From a bacterium (lineage in GTDB: Bacteria; Krumholzibacteriota; Krumholzibacteriia; G020349025), in NCBI GenBank assembly GCA_031362565.1, contig JANLSU010000078.1:36163-100162 (forward strand): 64,000 nucleotides of DNA, written 5' to 3'. Positions 47,018 through 57,062 of the stretch are shown piece by piece (the stretch's first letter is position 1; each line of letters opens with the position of its first letter). The position numbers and the translations under genes are program-made. The notes beneath the pieces were generated by a model, which was not told the origin of the DNA, ran no database searches, and worked only from the letters and a program-made list of their open reading frames with translations.

Positions 47018-49144
47018 ATGGATGCGAACTCTGCGCGCCCCACCGCGCCTGCCGCCTCACTTGCATCGCGTGTCGCACGTTTCGAGACGTGGCTCGACGC
47101 CCATCCCGGTGCGACGGCTCTCCTGTTGCTCGCGTTCGCCCTCCTGGTGCGGGCGATCTATCTCGGGAGCTTCCGGCACACGCTCCTGGCGCGCGTGCCG
47201 TTCATGGACGAGGCGTTCTATCGCACCGAAGCGCTGGACCTGGTACGCGGCGCGCCGCCCGTCTCCGACGCCTACTTCATGACGCCGCTCTATCCGTGGT
47301 TCCTGAGCCTGGTGTTCCGTGCCGTGGGCGACGGCCCGGCGGCGCCGTATGCAGTGCAGCTCGGGCTCGGTGCGTGCGCCGCACCGATGACGTGGCTTCT
47401 GGCCCGCAAAGCGCTGCGGCCGGCGCTCGCCCTCGCCGCCGCGCTGGCACTCGCCAGTTTCGCGCCGCTCGTATTCTTCGAAGCCCTGTACCTCGTCGAG
47501 GGGCTCGTCCTGCTTGCGCTGCTCGCGGCGTTATTGCTGGCCCTCGCGGCCTCCCGCGGCAGCGCACTCGCACTGCTTTCCGGCGTTTGCCTCGGCGTCG
47601 CCGTGCTCGGGCGCGGCAGCAACCTCGCTCTCCTGCCGGTTCTCGCCCTGTGGCCGTGGTTCGATCGCGAGCCTGCACGCTCGTCCGCCCTGCGGCGTGC
47701 GTTGCTCTGCGTGCTCGGCTGCCTCGCCACCATTGCGCCACTCGCCGCCCGCAACCTGTCGCAAGCCAAGCGGCCCGTGTTGCTGACCGCGAACATGGGC
47801 TTCAATCTCTATGTCGGGAATGGTCCGCAAGCGAATGGCATCTTCGTCCGCGTGCCGGGGCTCGACTTGCAACAGGACCCGCTGACGCTCCGCTACGTGC
47901 AGCGCCAGCTCCATCACCCCGTCACCGCGAGCGAAACATCGGCTTACTGGCTGGGGCGCACGCGCGCCTTCGTACGCGCCAACCCGGCGCGCACCGTGCG
48001 GTTATTCTTTTGGAAACTTTTGTTGTTTTGGAACCGGCTGTCGATTCCGCAGGTCGAAGGTTTCGAGGCTATGGCGCCCGGGACGCCGCTCGCCCATGCA
48101 CCGTTCTGGCGCAGTTTTGCGTTTCTGCCTCTCGCCCTCGCGGGCACGCTGCTGACCGCGATTGCCGTGCTCCGGCGGCGCACCCCGGTCGGCCGGCGAG
48201 AGCGCGTCCGCGCCCTCATCGCCGTGTGGACCTGGGTGTATGCGGCGTCGATCGCGCTTTTCTTCGTGACGGACCGCTACCGCGTGCCGCTCTTCCCGTG
48301 TTTGGTCGTCTTGGCCGCGGTCACGCTCGATTGGGTCATCGCCTGGTGCGCGCCCGAACGCCGCCGCTATCTGCCGGGCATGGCGGCGGGAGTGGGTGCC
48401 GCGTTCTTCGTCACGAGCCCGCAACTCTTGGGAGTCGATCTCAACCGGATGCAGCGCGACCTGTATGTTCACTCGGCGCTGCGGAACGCCGAAGCCGGGC
48501 TGTTCGATGCCGCGTTGCACGAGTATGCCGCCGCACGTGCCCTCGACCCCGCGGACGCCGAAGTACGTGACGGCGAGGCTCGTTTGCTGAGCCGCGCCGG
48601 GCACGACAGCTTAGCGCTCGCGGCATTCCGTTCGCTGTTGCACGATCATCCGGATGACGCACGCGTGTGGTACAACCTCGGCAATGCGTTCCGCCGCGCC
48701 CAAAGAGATACCGCGGCGCTGGGCGCGTACCAGCGGGCGTTGGCCCTCGAACCTGAGCGCGAATCAGCGTGGAACCAGCTCGGTGAGGTGTATCGCGCTT
48801 TCGGCGACACGGCGCGTGCCGCCGATTGTTACCGGAGCGCCATCGCAATCGTGCCCGCCTACGAACAAGCGCTCAACAATTTGGCCGCGTTGCGCGCCTA
48901 TCAGGGCTACGCTGCAACGGCCGAGGCCGGCTTCCGGGCGGCGATCGCCGCAAACCCGCGATACGTGCCGGCGCTCGTGAACTTGGGCGTGCTGCTCACC
49001 GACTCCGGGCGGACGGCGGAAGCCGTCGCGACTTGGCGCCGCGTGCTCGCCGCTGATCCGGACCAACCGTTCGCCCAGCGGGCGCTGCGCGAACTCGAAA
49101 CCGGCTCAGGCTCATCCGACCGCCCGTTGGGAGACGTACCGTGA
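47018..49144 (+). CDS. GT-C (PMT/ArnT-like) membrane glycosyltransferase with TPR repeats
   Basis: DE motif (PFMDEAFY), PLYP, many TMs, GFNLYVGN, RYRVP, C-terminal TPRs (WYNLGN, LNNLA, LVNLG). Confidence 0.82.
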   Translation: MDANSARPTAPAASLASRVARFETWLDAHPGATALLLLAFALLVRAIYLGSFRHTLLARVPFMDEAFYRTEALDLVRGAPPVSDAYFMTPLYPWFLSLVFRAVGDGPAAPYAVQLGLGACAAPMTWLLARKALRPALALAAALALASFAPLVFFEALYLVEGLVLLALLAALLLALAASRGSALALLSGVCLGVAVLGRGSNLALLPVLALWPWFDREPARSSALRRALLCVLGCLATIAPLAARNLSQAKRPVLLTANMGFNLYVGNGPQANGIFVRVPGLDLQQDPLTLRYVQRQLHHPVTASETSAYWLGRTRAFVRANPARTVRLFFWKLLLFWNRLSIPQVEGFEAMAPGTPLAHAPFWRSFAFLPLALAGTLLTAIAVLRRRTPVGRRERVRALIAVWTWVYAASIALFFVTDRYRVPLFPCLVVLAAVTLDWVIAWCAPERRRYLPGMAAGVGAAFFVTSPQLLGVDLNRMQRDLYVHSALRNAEAGLFDAALHEYAAARALDPADAEVRDGEARLLSRAGHDSLALAAFRSLLHDHPDDARVWYNLGNAFRRAQRDTAALGAYQRALALEPERESAWNQLGEVYRAFGDTARAADCYRSAIAIVPAYEQALNNLAALRAYQGYAATAEAGFRAAIAANPRYVPALVNLGVLLTDSGRTAEAVATWRRVLAADPDQPFAQRALRELETGSGSSDRPLGDVP

Positions 49145-49698
49145 CTGCTCTTGGCCGTGCGACCGCCGCCTGTGTGGCACTCGGTTTCCTGTTCGGTGCT
49201 TGCGCGCCCATCGTGCCGCAACGCTCCAAGCCGGGCGGCGCGGCCCGCTGGGCCGAGCAGATCGCGATTTCGAGCGCCTTCGATTGGGGTGGCGAACGCG
49301 TTCAGCTCTGCCGCGTCACCGGGGCGGGTGTCGGCGCCGAAGGCTGGCTGCCGGATCGCGGTGGCCAATGGGCGTTCACGTACTGGAGCCCCGCCCAAAC
49401 GGCGCTGCTGCAAGTGACCGTCGACTCCGACGGCAACGTAAAATCTGCTGCCGCCAAGGACGGGCCGCGCGGCACCACGCTGCCGCCCGGATGGGTCGAT
49501 TCCCCGAAACTCTGGGCGGCGACGCGCTCGCATCAGAAGCGCGAACCGCTCAATACGCTCGACGCCGAACTCTCAGCGAGCGCCGACCCGGAGCATTTCA
49601 AGGATCAAGTCGTGTGGCGGATTCGATTCTGGCTGGATGACAGCACGATGGAAACGCACATCGTGACGCCGGACGGCAAGTGGCTCTTGTCCTACTGA
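49141..49698 (+). CDS. Hypothetical lipoprotein
   Basis: Lipobox FGAC; start overlaps the upstream stop. Confidence 0.7.
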   Translation: MTALGRATAACVALGFLFGACAPIVPQRSKPGGAARWAEQIAISSAFDWGGERVQLCRVTGAGVGAEGWLPDRGGQWAFTYWSPAQTALLQVTVDSDGNVKSAAAKDGPRGTTLPPGWVDSPKLWAATRSHQKREPLNTLDAELSASADPEHFKDQVVWRIRFWLDDSTMETHIVTPDGKWLLSY

Positions 49699-49772
49699 CT
49701 GCAACGGACCGCGAAGCAGAGTGCGCACCCAAATCTGCCACCCCTGCGGCCGCGGTCCGTCACAGTTTGCGG

Positions 49773-50624
49773 TCAGTTGCGCGAGTGCTCGAGCAGCAGT
49801 GATGTCTGCGGCGAGTTGCGCAGGCGCACGATGGCTCGGTCGCGGATTTGACGCACGCGCTCGCGCGTCAACTGGTAGACCTTGCCGATCTCTTCGAGGG
49901 TGTGCGCCTCCTGGCCAAGTCCGTAGTAGCGGCGCACGATGTCCTGCTCGCGCGGATTCAGCAATGCCAGCGCCGATTCGATGTCCTCCGAACGCATCGC
50001 TTCGGCGACCGCCTCGTCCGGTGCCAACGACACGTCGTCACCCAAGGTGTCGACATGGAAGTCGCTGTCCTGGCCTTCGACAGCTTCGTCGATGGAGAAC
50101 TGTTTTGTCGGCATGTTCAACACCAGCTCGACATCGTCGGCCGAGAGGTGCATGCGCTGGGCGATTTCATCCGCCGTCGGCTCGCGCCCCAGCTCTTGGC
50201 CCAGCCGCTGCGACGCACGCGTGATGCGCGTCAGCGCGGTCGTCTTGTTGAGCGGCAAGCGCACGGTGCGCGATTGCTCGCCGAGATACTGCAGGATCGC
50301 TTGCTTGATCCACCACACGGCGTACGAAATGAAGCGATAGCCGCGTTCGACGTCGAAACGCTTGGCGGCGCGAATGAGCCCCAGGTTGCCCTCGTTCACG
50401 AGGTCTTCGAGCGGCACACCGCTGCCGAGATACTGTTTGGCGACGGACACTACGAAGCGCAGATTGCGCTGCACGAGTTCGTCGAGCGCGGCGGCGTCGC
50501 CACCTTGGGCCCGACGCGCGAGCGTGACTTCATCCGCGGGCGTCAGGAGTGGGATGCGGCGGATCTCCCGCAGGTACAGACCGAGGGCGTCGGCGGGCGG
50601 GGTTTGCGTTTGAACCTTGCTCAT
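49773..50624 (-). CDS. RpoD/SigA-family sigma factor lacking region 1.1
   Basis: YLREI..IPLL, NLRFVVSVAKQY, EGNLGL, FISYAVWWI, LTRERVRQI; 283 aa. Confidence 0.93.
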   Translation of the reverse strand: MSKVQTQTPPADALGLYLREIRRIPLLTPADEVTLARRAQGGDAAALDELVQRNLRFVVSVAKQYLGSGVPLEDLVNEGNLGLIRAAKRFDVERGYRFISYAVWWIKQAILQYLGEQSRTVRLPLNKTTALTRITRASQRLGQELGREPTADEIAQRMHLSADDVELVLNMPTKQFSIDEAVEGQDSDFHVDTLGDDVSLAPDEAVAEAMRSEDIESALALLNPREQDIVRRYYGLGQEAHTLEEIGKVYQLTRERVRQIRDRAIVRLRNSPQTSLLLEHSRN

Positions 50625-50669
50625 TTCGACACCTCTCCGTTCCTTGACCGGGCCTATGAGGTCTGGATC

Positions 50670-50685
50670 TGCAAGAGCCGTACCC
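50670..50685 (-). promoter_or_regulatory. Putative sigma-54 promoter of the sigma-factor gene
   Basis: Minus strand GGGTACGGCTCTTGCA, about 46 bp upstream of the ATG. Confidence 0.6.
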
Positions 50686-50959
50686 CGGCGAGGAATCGGA
50701 CCTCTCGGCTCTCCAGACCCCTCGCAGCCGGTCATAGAGTAGATACACCGGCCGGATTCAGTTCATTCCACCTGCCGGAGGGCCCAGTGCACGCCACCTT
50801 GGCACCCCTGTCATGCCATATTGGCGTCATTGTGTCATGGCAAGGTGGCAGAGTTAGGGCGAATCGGGCAGCGGCGGGCGTTTTCGTGCGGTTGGCGGGT
50901 GCAGCCCGGCCGGGCGTCCCAGTATCAGCCGAACAACAGCGTGATACGAAAGAGGCTCT

Positions 50960-51421
50960 CTAGACCACCAGGCTGGGGTCGTACTGCTCGAGCGCCCGGC
51001 GCAGCGATTCCGGCACCCGGCACGGCACTCCATCGGCGTTCAGGCTGGCGTGAATGGTGAACCCGGTGGCCAGGTTCTCGGCCTCGCCGGCGCGCCGGAT
51101 GCGGTATTCGAACCGGACGCGCACCCGCCCCAGCTCGACGATCCATGCCTCGAGCCGCAGCCAGTCATCATAGTGAGCCGGGTTGTGGTACTTGCAGCCG
51201 GCCTCGACCACCGGCAGGCGCACGCCGTCGGCTTCGATTCGTTTGTAGGGAAACCCCACGGCACGCAGGTACTCGTTGCGCGCCATCTCGAACCAACGCA
51301 AGTAGTTCGCGTAGTAGGCGACGCCCATTTGGTCGGTGTCGCCGTAGAAGACGCGCACCTCGTAAGCGCTCGGGCGTGGCGCGCGTCCGCCAGGGCGGAC
51401 GCTGGGGTGCGATTCGCTCAC
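50960..51421 (-). CDS. YbgC/FadM-family acyl-CoA thioesterase
   Basis: RVFYGDTDQMGVAYYANYLRWFE.AR. Confidence 0.92.
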   Translation of the reverse strand: MSESHPSVRPGGRAPRPSAYEVRVFYGDTDQMGVAYYANYLRWFEMARNEYLRAVGFPYKRIEADGVRLPVVEAGCKYHNPAHYDDWLRLEAWIVELGRVRVRFEYRIRRAGEAENLATGFTIHASLNADGVPCRVPESLRRALEQYDPSLVV

Positions 51422-52233
51422 GTGTGGAGGTGCGCCCGCAGGCCATTGGGGGTCTCGATGACCGCGCCGCTGATGCGGTCGGGCGCGACTTTGGGCGCTT
51501 TGTCGATCCACGCGAGCGCCAGGGTGACGTTGTCGCCGCCGCCGCCGCGCTTGGCATCCTCCACCAGCGTCGCCACGCATGCTTCGCGGTTCGACTGTGT
51601 GGCTAAGACCTCCGTCATTCGATCCTCGGTGACGAAGTTGTGCAGGCCATCCGTGCACAGCAAGTACAGTTCGGCGGGATCGGCGGGTCCAATCGTGAAA
51701 TCGACTTCGAAGTCTTCTCCGACTCCCACGGCCCGCGTCAGAATGTTGCGAATTCCCGCGAAGCTGGCGCGCGCCGACTCGGGAAGCGTCGCGATATAAC
51801 TGTGATCGGCGGTCAATTGATGCAGGATCCCGTCGCGGAAACAATAGACCCGGCTGTCACCGACGTGCACCGCGCACAGCAAACCCTGGTGTTCCTGCAG
51901 CGCCGCCAAAGTCGTTCCCATGCCCTGAAACTGGCTGTGTTTTCGCCCATAGGCGCGCAGGCAACGGTCGGCGGCGAACGCCCCGCGTACCAGGTTCACG
52001 AACGGCCGCAGCGGCGCGAGTTGTGCCAGATCGCCGGCGCCGATCTCGGTGTCGGATGTGCCGGTCACCACGTGCTGGACTTCTTCAGCCGCCATCCGGC
52101 TCGCCAAGTCCCCGCCCGGATGCCCACCCATGCCATCGCACAGCACGACAAGATCGTGCGCCGATTCGATTACGAAGAAATCCTCGTTGCGTTTGCGAAC
52201 CAGGCCCACGTCGGTTCCGGCGACGATCTGCAC
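51418..52233 (-). CDS. PP2C-family Ser/Thr phosphatase
   Basis: TDVGLVRKRNED, CDGMGG, MGTT, HVGDSR, CTDGL, GG.DNVT. Confidence 0.93.
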   Translation of the reverse strand: MQIVAGTDVGLVRKRNEDFFVIESAHDLVVLCDGMGGHPGGDLASRMAAEEVQHVVTGTSDTEIGAGDLAQLAPLRPFVNLVRGAFAADRCLRAYGRKHSQFQGMGTTLAALQEHQGLLCAVHVGDSRVYCFRDGILHQLTADHSYIATLPESARASFAGIRNILTRAVGVGEDFEVDFTIGPADPAELYLLCTDGLHNFVTEDRMTEVLATQSNREACVATLVEDAKRGGGGDNVTLALAWIDKAPKVAPDRISGAVIETPNGLRAHLHT

Positions 52234-52261
52234 GAAATCCTCCCCAAAGAATCGACGAACT

Positions 52262-52615
52262 TCAGCGGCAGTGTATTTCGATCCCGGCGAAATCCAAGGC
52301 GCCCGCAAGTGGCGGCCGGAGCTTTTGCACGCGAACGATGAGAGCCTCGAATCGGGTCGATTGGCGCAATTCCTCTTCGATGCGCCCGGCGAATCGTTCC
52401 AGCAACGCAAACTCCTCGTCGCGGGCCAGCCGCTGCACCACATCGAACACCCGGGCGTAGTCGATGGTGTCCTGCACATCGTCCGACTTGCGAGCGCGGC
52501 TGAGGTCGCACTCCAGTTCGACATCGACGCGGCAGTCCTGTGGGATGCGGCGTTCGGCGGCTGCGACCCCGACCCGCAGGGCGCAGCGAATCCCGCTCAA
52601 CACGACTCGGTCCAA
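52262..52615 (-). CDS. folB: Dihydroneopterin aldolase
   Basis: GV...ER, SDDVQDTIDY, LLERFA, VQK. Confidence 0.9.
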   Translation of the reverse strand: MDRVVLSGIRCALRVGVAAAERRIPQDCRVDVELECDLSRARKSDDVQDTIDYARVFDVVQRLARDEEFALLERFAGRIEEELRQSTRFEALIVRVQKLRPPLAGALDFAGIEIHCR

Positions 52616-52764
52616 CGGACTCCATCCAAGCTTGACCCTTGAGCCAAGGGCATTCTAGGCATCTGCCCCAGGGCCTGTCTAGAAGCACGGATGCCATCAG
52701 GAATCGCGCCGCGCCACCGGCCTCTTCTGGTAGAATAGGACTTCGCCCCCTTCGGAGTCTCATC

Positions 52765-53862
52765 GTGTCTTTTTGCTCCCCCAAGCGCCTTGGCGGGCGG
52801 CTTGCGTTGCTGCGCCATTTGCCGCCGCGCAATCTGGGGTTCGTGGTCCTGCTGTTGTGCGCCACGCGCTGCGTCGACATCCAGGATCCGTATCCGACAC
52901 CGCTGCCGCCTAATCTGCGCTTTACCATCACGCCGCCTTTGGACGCCGTCGTCGACACCTGGGCGGCGGACAGCATCGTGCTGGCTTTCGACCGCCCCAT
53001 GGACCAAGCCTCACTGCGGCAAGTCCGCCGCGTGTCGTTCCTGCTGCCCGCCGCGCTGCACGACCTGGACGGCACCTGGAACGGCGCCGGCACCCGGGTC
53101 GTCTTTCACCTGACGGATTTTCCGCGTCAACCGGGCGCTCGGTACGAGGTCCGCTTCGCGGGCCTGCGGTCCGCCGGCGGTGAGCTCTACAACGGCGGGC
53201 CACTCGACGTGCGCTTTGCGACCCGCGGCGTGCCCGATCTGTTTCCGATGGATCCACATCCGCGCGTCGCGACGCGGGTCTATTGCCGGCTCACCGACGA
53301 GCCGGACGCGCCGTGCGGTGACGTCGTGCTGCATTTCGAAGCCGCCGGCGCCGGCGCCGTGCGCATGCAATCGTCGTGCGAAGGCTGCATGCCGCGCAAC
53401 GACTGGTTCCAGCGCCGCAACGCCCGCATCGAATGGCTGGGATGGGATGACTTGAACAGCGACGAAACGGTCGTCACGAGCACGCGCTGGCCCGATCCGC
53501 CGGTGATTATCCCGTCGAGCGCCAAGCGGGGAGACGCCTGGGAGACGCCCGCACAGACCGCCGCCGACGGCGCGCAACTCATCCGCTGGCATGTCACACA
53601 CGCGGGCTTCGAGAGCCCATCGCGCCTGGTCTCGGTGCTGGGCGGCTCGGTGGAAATTGCGTACTCGGGATCGACGGTCCTCGACCTGGACTACGTGCTG
53701 CAACTGCCCGACGGGCGCCGCGAATCGCACCTGGAGCGCTGGTGGCTGTCGCCGGGCGTGGGCATCGTCAAACGCGATGTTCGCCGGCAATTCAGTGACG
53801 GCACGCCGGCATCGCACGCGGTCGACATCTTTGTTCCATCACTCGTCAATCTGGGACGCTGA
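52765..53862 (+). CDS. Exported Ig-like (Big_5-type) domain protein, possible lipoprotein
   Basis: Hydrophobic segment ending in Cys, LAFDRPMD..S, C-terminal W.SPGVGIVK; start uncertain. Confidence 0.6.
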   Translation: MSFCSPKRLGGRLALLRHLPPRNLGFVVLLLCATRCVDIQDPYPTPLPPNLRFTITPPLDAVVDTWAADSIVLAFDRPMDQASLRQVRRVSFLLPAALHDLDGTWNGAGTRVVFHLTDFPRQPGARYEVRFAGLRSAGGELYNGGPLDVRFATRGVPDLFPMDPHPRVATRVYCRLTDEPDAPCGDVVLHFEAAGAGAVRMQSSCEGCMPRNDWFQRRNARIEWLGWDDLNSDETVVTSTRWPDPPVIIPSSAKRGDAWETPAQTAADGAQLIRWHVTHAGFESPSRLVSVLGGSVEIAYSGSTVLDLDYVLQLPDGRRESHLERWWLSPGVGIVKRDVRRQFSDGTPASHAVDIFVPSLVNLGR

Positions 53863-53873
53863 TCTCCCAAGGG

Positions 53874-55358
53874 TCACGGCGCGCGCGGCGCAAAGTAGGC
53901 GCTCGCCACTCCCAAGGCCGGTGCGACGGCGCCCGGCTGGAAACTCACCAAATCGCCGTTCGTCTGCCAGAGATCGTGGAAGAACACGAGCGGCACGCAC
54001 CAGTCGCCCTTCAGCAACGATTGTTCGGGGTCCTTCGCGGCCCGGACGCGCGCCGCAGTCCAAGCTTCGGGCGCCGCGTCGCGCAACAGCGGTTGCAACA
54101 CGCCGGTCGCGAGCAATTGATTGCGCGTCGCGGGGTCGAACTCCGCGACGGCGGGTTGCGGCGGCGTCCAACCCACCACCACGAGGTCGAAGGCACGCGT
54201 TGCAATGGCTTGGTTCCAGGCATCCGCTGCCAGAATATCCAGGTCGGCGGCGAGCCCAATCGCGAACAGATGGACTTGCAAGCGTTCGCCGAGAGCGCGC
54301 AGCACCGGCTCGGATGCCGCAACGACAATCCGCACGTGCTGTTGAGGGCGGGTGCCAAGATCACCGGGGGGTTCGGCCGACCGCGCGCTCACGGTCTTCA
54401 CCCCACGCGGTGACACGCCCTCGGTGCCGCGCCCGTCGCCGCCCAACACGGCACGCACAAACACCGCCCGGTCGAACGACTGCGCCAGCTTATCGCGCAA
54501 AACGTCGACATTCAGAACCGCGCTCTGCGGATTCACGACCGCGAGTCCTAAGCGTTCGGCCGGCGACCGCCAGCGCATCGCGCCGGCCGGCAGCGCATCG
54601 GCCACCAGTGCCCGGTTCACTTCGGTGACCGCATCGCTCGAAGGTGGCTCGACGTCGCGTTTCGCCACCAGTTCGACATGGTCGACATAGGGGCGGCCAT
54701 CCCGGTGATCGCGCGACGCGGTGAGCCGCAAGACACCCGGAGCTGCCGCCAGCACTTCGAAAGGCCCTGTTCCGAGCCAGTCCTCGCCATGATGACGCAC
54801 GATCGACGCTGCCGGCAGCGCCAAACGCGCCGGCAAGTCACTGACCGCGGTGGCGAACCGGAGTTCGATTTGGTTGTTCTCGATCACATCGAGGCCTTCG
54901 ATGGATGGGGAGCGGCCGGCCACGAAGTCGTCCCACCCGACCAGGTCCGCGAGCATCCAGGCGTAGGGTGATTGGCGCGGATCGGCCAAGCGCTCGAGGC
55001 ATTGGCGCACGGCTGTAGCATCGCAACGCGAGCCGTCGTGGAATTGCACATCGTTGCGCAGGTAGAAGAGCCAGCGCTTTGCATCTTCGTCGCGCACCCA
55101 CTGCCGGGCGATCCCGGGCGCCAAGTCGGTCGCGTCCCAACGCGTCAGCCCGTCGTAGATACAGGAGGCAACGAGCGCACCGTCGTCGCCATGCAAACGC
55201 AACGGGTCGAGGCTCGACGGCACCGAAGCGAGGCGGAAGCGCAGGTCACCGCCATAGCGCGGCAAGCGGCCGGCTTGCGTTGTTGCGGCCGCGAAACCGA
55301 GCAGCAACGCGGCAATTCCGGCGGTGATTCGAACCGCGGTTCGGCGGTGAAGTTTCAT
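53874..55358 (-). CDS. Family 5 ABC substrate-binding protein
   Basis: PRYGG.L, SLDP, IYDGL, FYLR.DVQFHDG, GTGPF. Confidence 0.85.
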   Translation of the reverse strand: MKLHRRTAVRITAGIAALLLGFAAATTQAGRLPRYGGDLRFRLASVPSSLDPLRLHGDDGALVASCIYDGLTRWDATDLAPGIARQWVRDEDAKRWLFYLRNDVQFHDGSRCDATAVRQCLERLADPRQSPYAWMLADLVGWDDFVAGRSPSIEGLDVIENNQIELRFATAVSDLPARLALPAASIVRHHGEDWLGTGPFEVLAAAPGVLRLTASRDHRDGRPYVDHVELVAKRDVEPPSSDAVTEVNRALVADALPAGAMRWRSPAERLGLAVVNPQSAVLNVDVLRDKLAQSFDRAVFVRAVLGGDGRGTEGVSPRGVKTVSARSAEPPGDLGTRPQQHVRIVVAASEPVLRALGERLQVHLFAIGLAADLDILAADAWNQAIATRAFDLVVVGWTPPQPAVAEFDPATRNQLLATGVLQPLLRDAAPEAWTAARVRAAKDPEQSLLKGDWCVPLVFFHDLWQTNGDLVSFQPGAVAPALGVASAYFAPRAP

Positions 55359-57031
55359 CGCCCGCCTCCCGCGCCCGGCACGACCGGGCTGGTTGGGCGC
55401 GGCGCCAACGCCAAGAAGGGATGCAACCGCGTCCCGTCTTCGAGTCCTTCCGCCGCCACCAGATCGGCGCTGCCGTCGCCATTCAAGTCCAGGCTGATGA
55501 GCGCTACGAGCGTGCCCTCGAACGGTTCGCTGCTCCAAGTCACTTGCAAGTCGTCGGTGCCGACCTGTGCGGCGTGCAAACGGTCCGCTTCGCCGTGCCA
55601 CACCGGATCCGTGAGCCACAAGAGGGCGCGGGATGTGGCGCCGGCGCGTGCCGGCTGTGCCGCCTTGATATCGCCGAAGCCGACGAAGGTGCGCACGACA
55701 CGCTGCGCTGCCAGCTTCACCGACAACGATCCGTCGGCACTACTCCATGCCGCATCGACCCGGCCGTCCGCATCCAGATCCGCGAAGGAAGGACTGATTG
55801 CGGTCGCCAACTGTCCGGGCGCCGGCCACCAATGCGAGTCCGGCCGCTTCGCCGGCGTGCGGAGCGTGGCCCACAAACGTTCGAGCGCCGGTTCCGTTTC
55901 GACGCCGGCAGCGCGCACTTGCGGCAAGGCTTCCGGCCCCGCCCCCGCCGCCCAAAGCAGCGATGTCGCGCGGCGCTCGTCCGACAAGATGACCACGCCG
56001 CTGCCCAATTCCGGCGCCGCGCCGGCGGCTTGCATGTCGCGGGTGTTCACGACCGTGCACCACGGGTCACGCCGGTGCCGGGCGCGGGCGCCGAGCGCCA
56101 TGCTGTAGACCAAGCGCAACCCGGGAAACTGCAACGCCAGAACATGCACGCTGTCCGAGTCGACGGCTAAGAGATCGCCGCCGGGCCCCTCGCCGAATGC
56201 AACGACGCGCCACGGGTGGGTCTGCGGCGGCAGGCGCCGGAACCCGGGCGGCGCGCCTTGGCGCGCCCGGCCCGCCCGCAGCCAAGCGCGCATCAAGTCG
56301 TCGAGCGCTGAGCTCGCGACATCGATGTCGGTCGCCCGCCCGCGTTGCACCGTGTAGTACTCCAAATTCAGGACGAGCTTGCCGGGAGTTTGCAGCAACA
56401 CCGGATAGAGCACTTCGTCGACGGTCGTCTGTTTAGCAACGAAGTCGCCTTGCATGCTCGCCAGGTACGCAGCTTCGGCTCGCCGTTCGGCGTCGGGATT
56501 GTCGGTCAAGCGCACGAAGTTGCCGTTCGCGAGCGCCGCACGCAGCCGTTCACCGATCACGTCGGGAATCTCCGGCGCAACCTCGAGCAATGGAATACAA
56601 GGCGCGAGCAACAAGCGCGTCGTGCCGATGGGCCGCCGCACAACGTCACCGGCCTCGGCACGCACCCGGCCGATGCGTTCCTGCTCGCGGCACTCGGTCA
56701 GCCCGGCCTCGCTACTCAAGACCTCGACACGTCCGATGAAACGCTCGCCTTGGCCGCCCGGCCCGGGACGCACCACTTCGAGCACCGTGCCGGGCGGCGG
56801 TGGAATCTGCCGCAGGAGCACGAAGACCCGGTCGCGCTGACGCTCCGCGACCCGTCCCATGGGGCGCGTGTAGTGGTCTTGTACTTGTTGAACCGCCTGT
56901 TGCACGAGCTGGTCGAGGGCACTGCGTGGGGTCGATTGAGCGTGCGCCACACAGGCCGTCGCCATCCATGCGAGGCTCACAAAAAACGCCGTCGCGCGAT
57001 GGCGGACGGCGGCAGCTTCGCAACGCTTCAT
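55355..57031 (-). CDS. Hypothetical exported protein (FlgT-C-like beta module and FG-GAP-like repeats)
   Basis: Signal peptide; DLDADGRVD and DLNGDGSADL motifs; stop overlaps the SBP start. Confidence 0.6.
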   Translation of the reverse strand: MKRCEAAAVRHRATAFFVSLAWMATACVAHAQSTPRSALDQLVQQAVQQVQDHYTRPMGRVAERQRDRVFVLLRQIPPPPGTVLEVVRPGPGGQGERFIGRVEVLSSEAGLTECREQERIGRVRAEAGDVVRRPIGTTRLLLAPCIPLLEVAPEIPDVIGERLRAALANGNFVRLTDNPDAERRAEAAYLASMQGDFVAKQTTVDEVLYPVLLQTPGKLVLNLEYYTVQRGRATDIDVASSALDDLMRAWLRAGRARQGAPPGFRRLPPQTHPWRVVAFGEGPGGDLLAVDSDSVHVLALQFPGLRLVYSMALGARARHRRDPWCTVVNTRDMQAAGAAPELGSGVVILSDERRATSLLWAAGAGPEALPQVRAAGVETEPALERLWATLRTPAKRPDSHWWPAPGQLATAISPSFADLDADGRVDAAWSSADGSLSVKLAAQRVVRTFVGFGDIKAAQPARAGATSRALLWLTDPVWHGEADRLHAAQVGTDDLQVTWSSEPFEGTLVALISLDLNGDGSADLVAAEGLEDGTRLHPFLALAPRPTSPVVPGAGGGR

Positions 57032-57062
57032 GGCGCCACGATAGCACGCAACGGCGGCGCGA

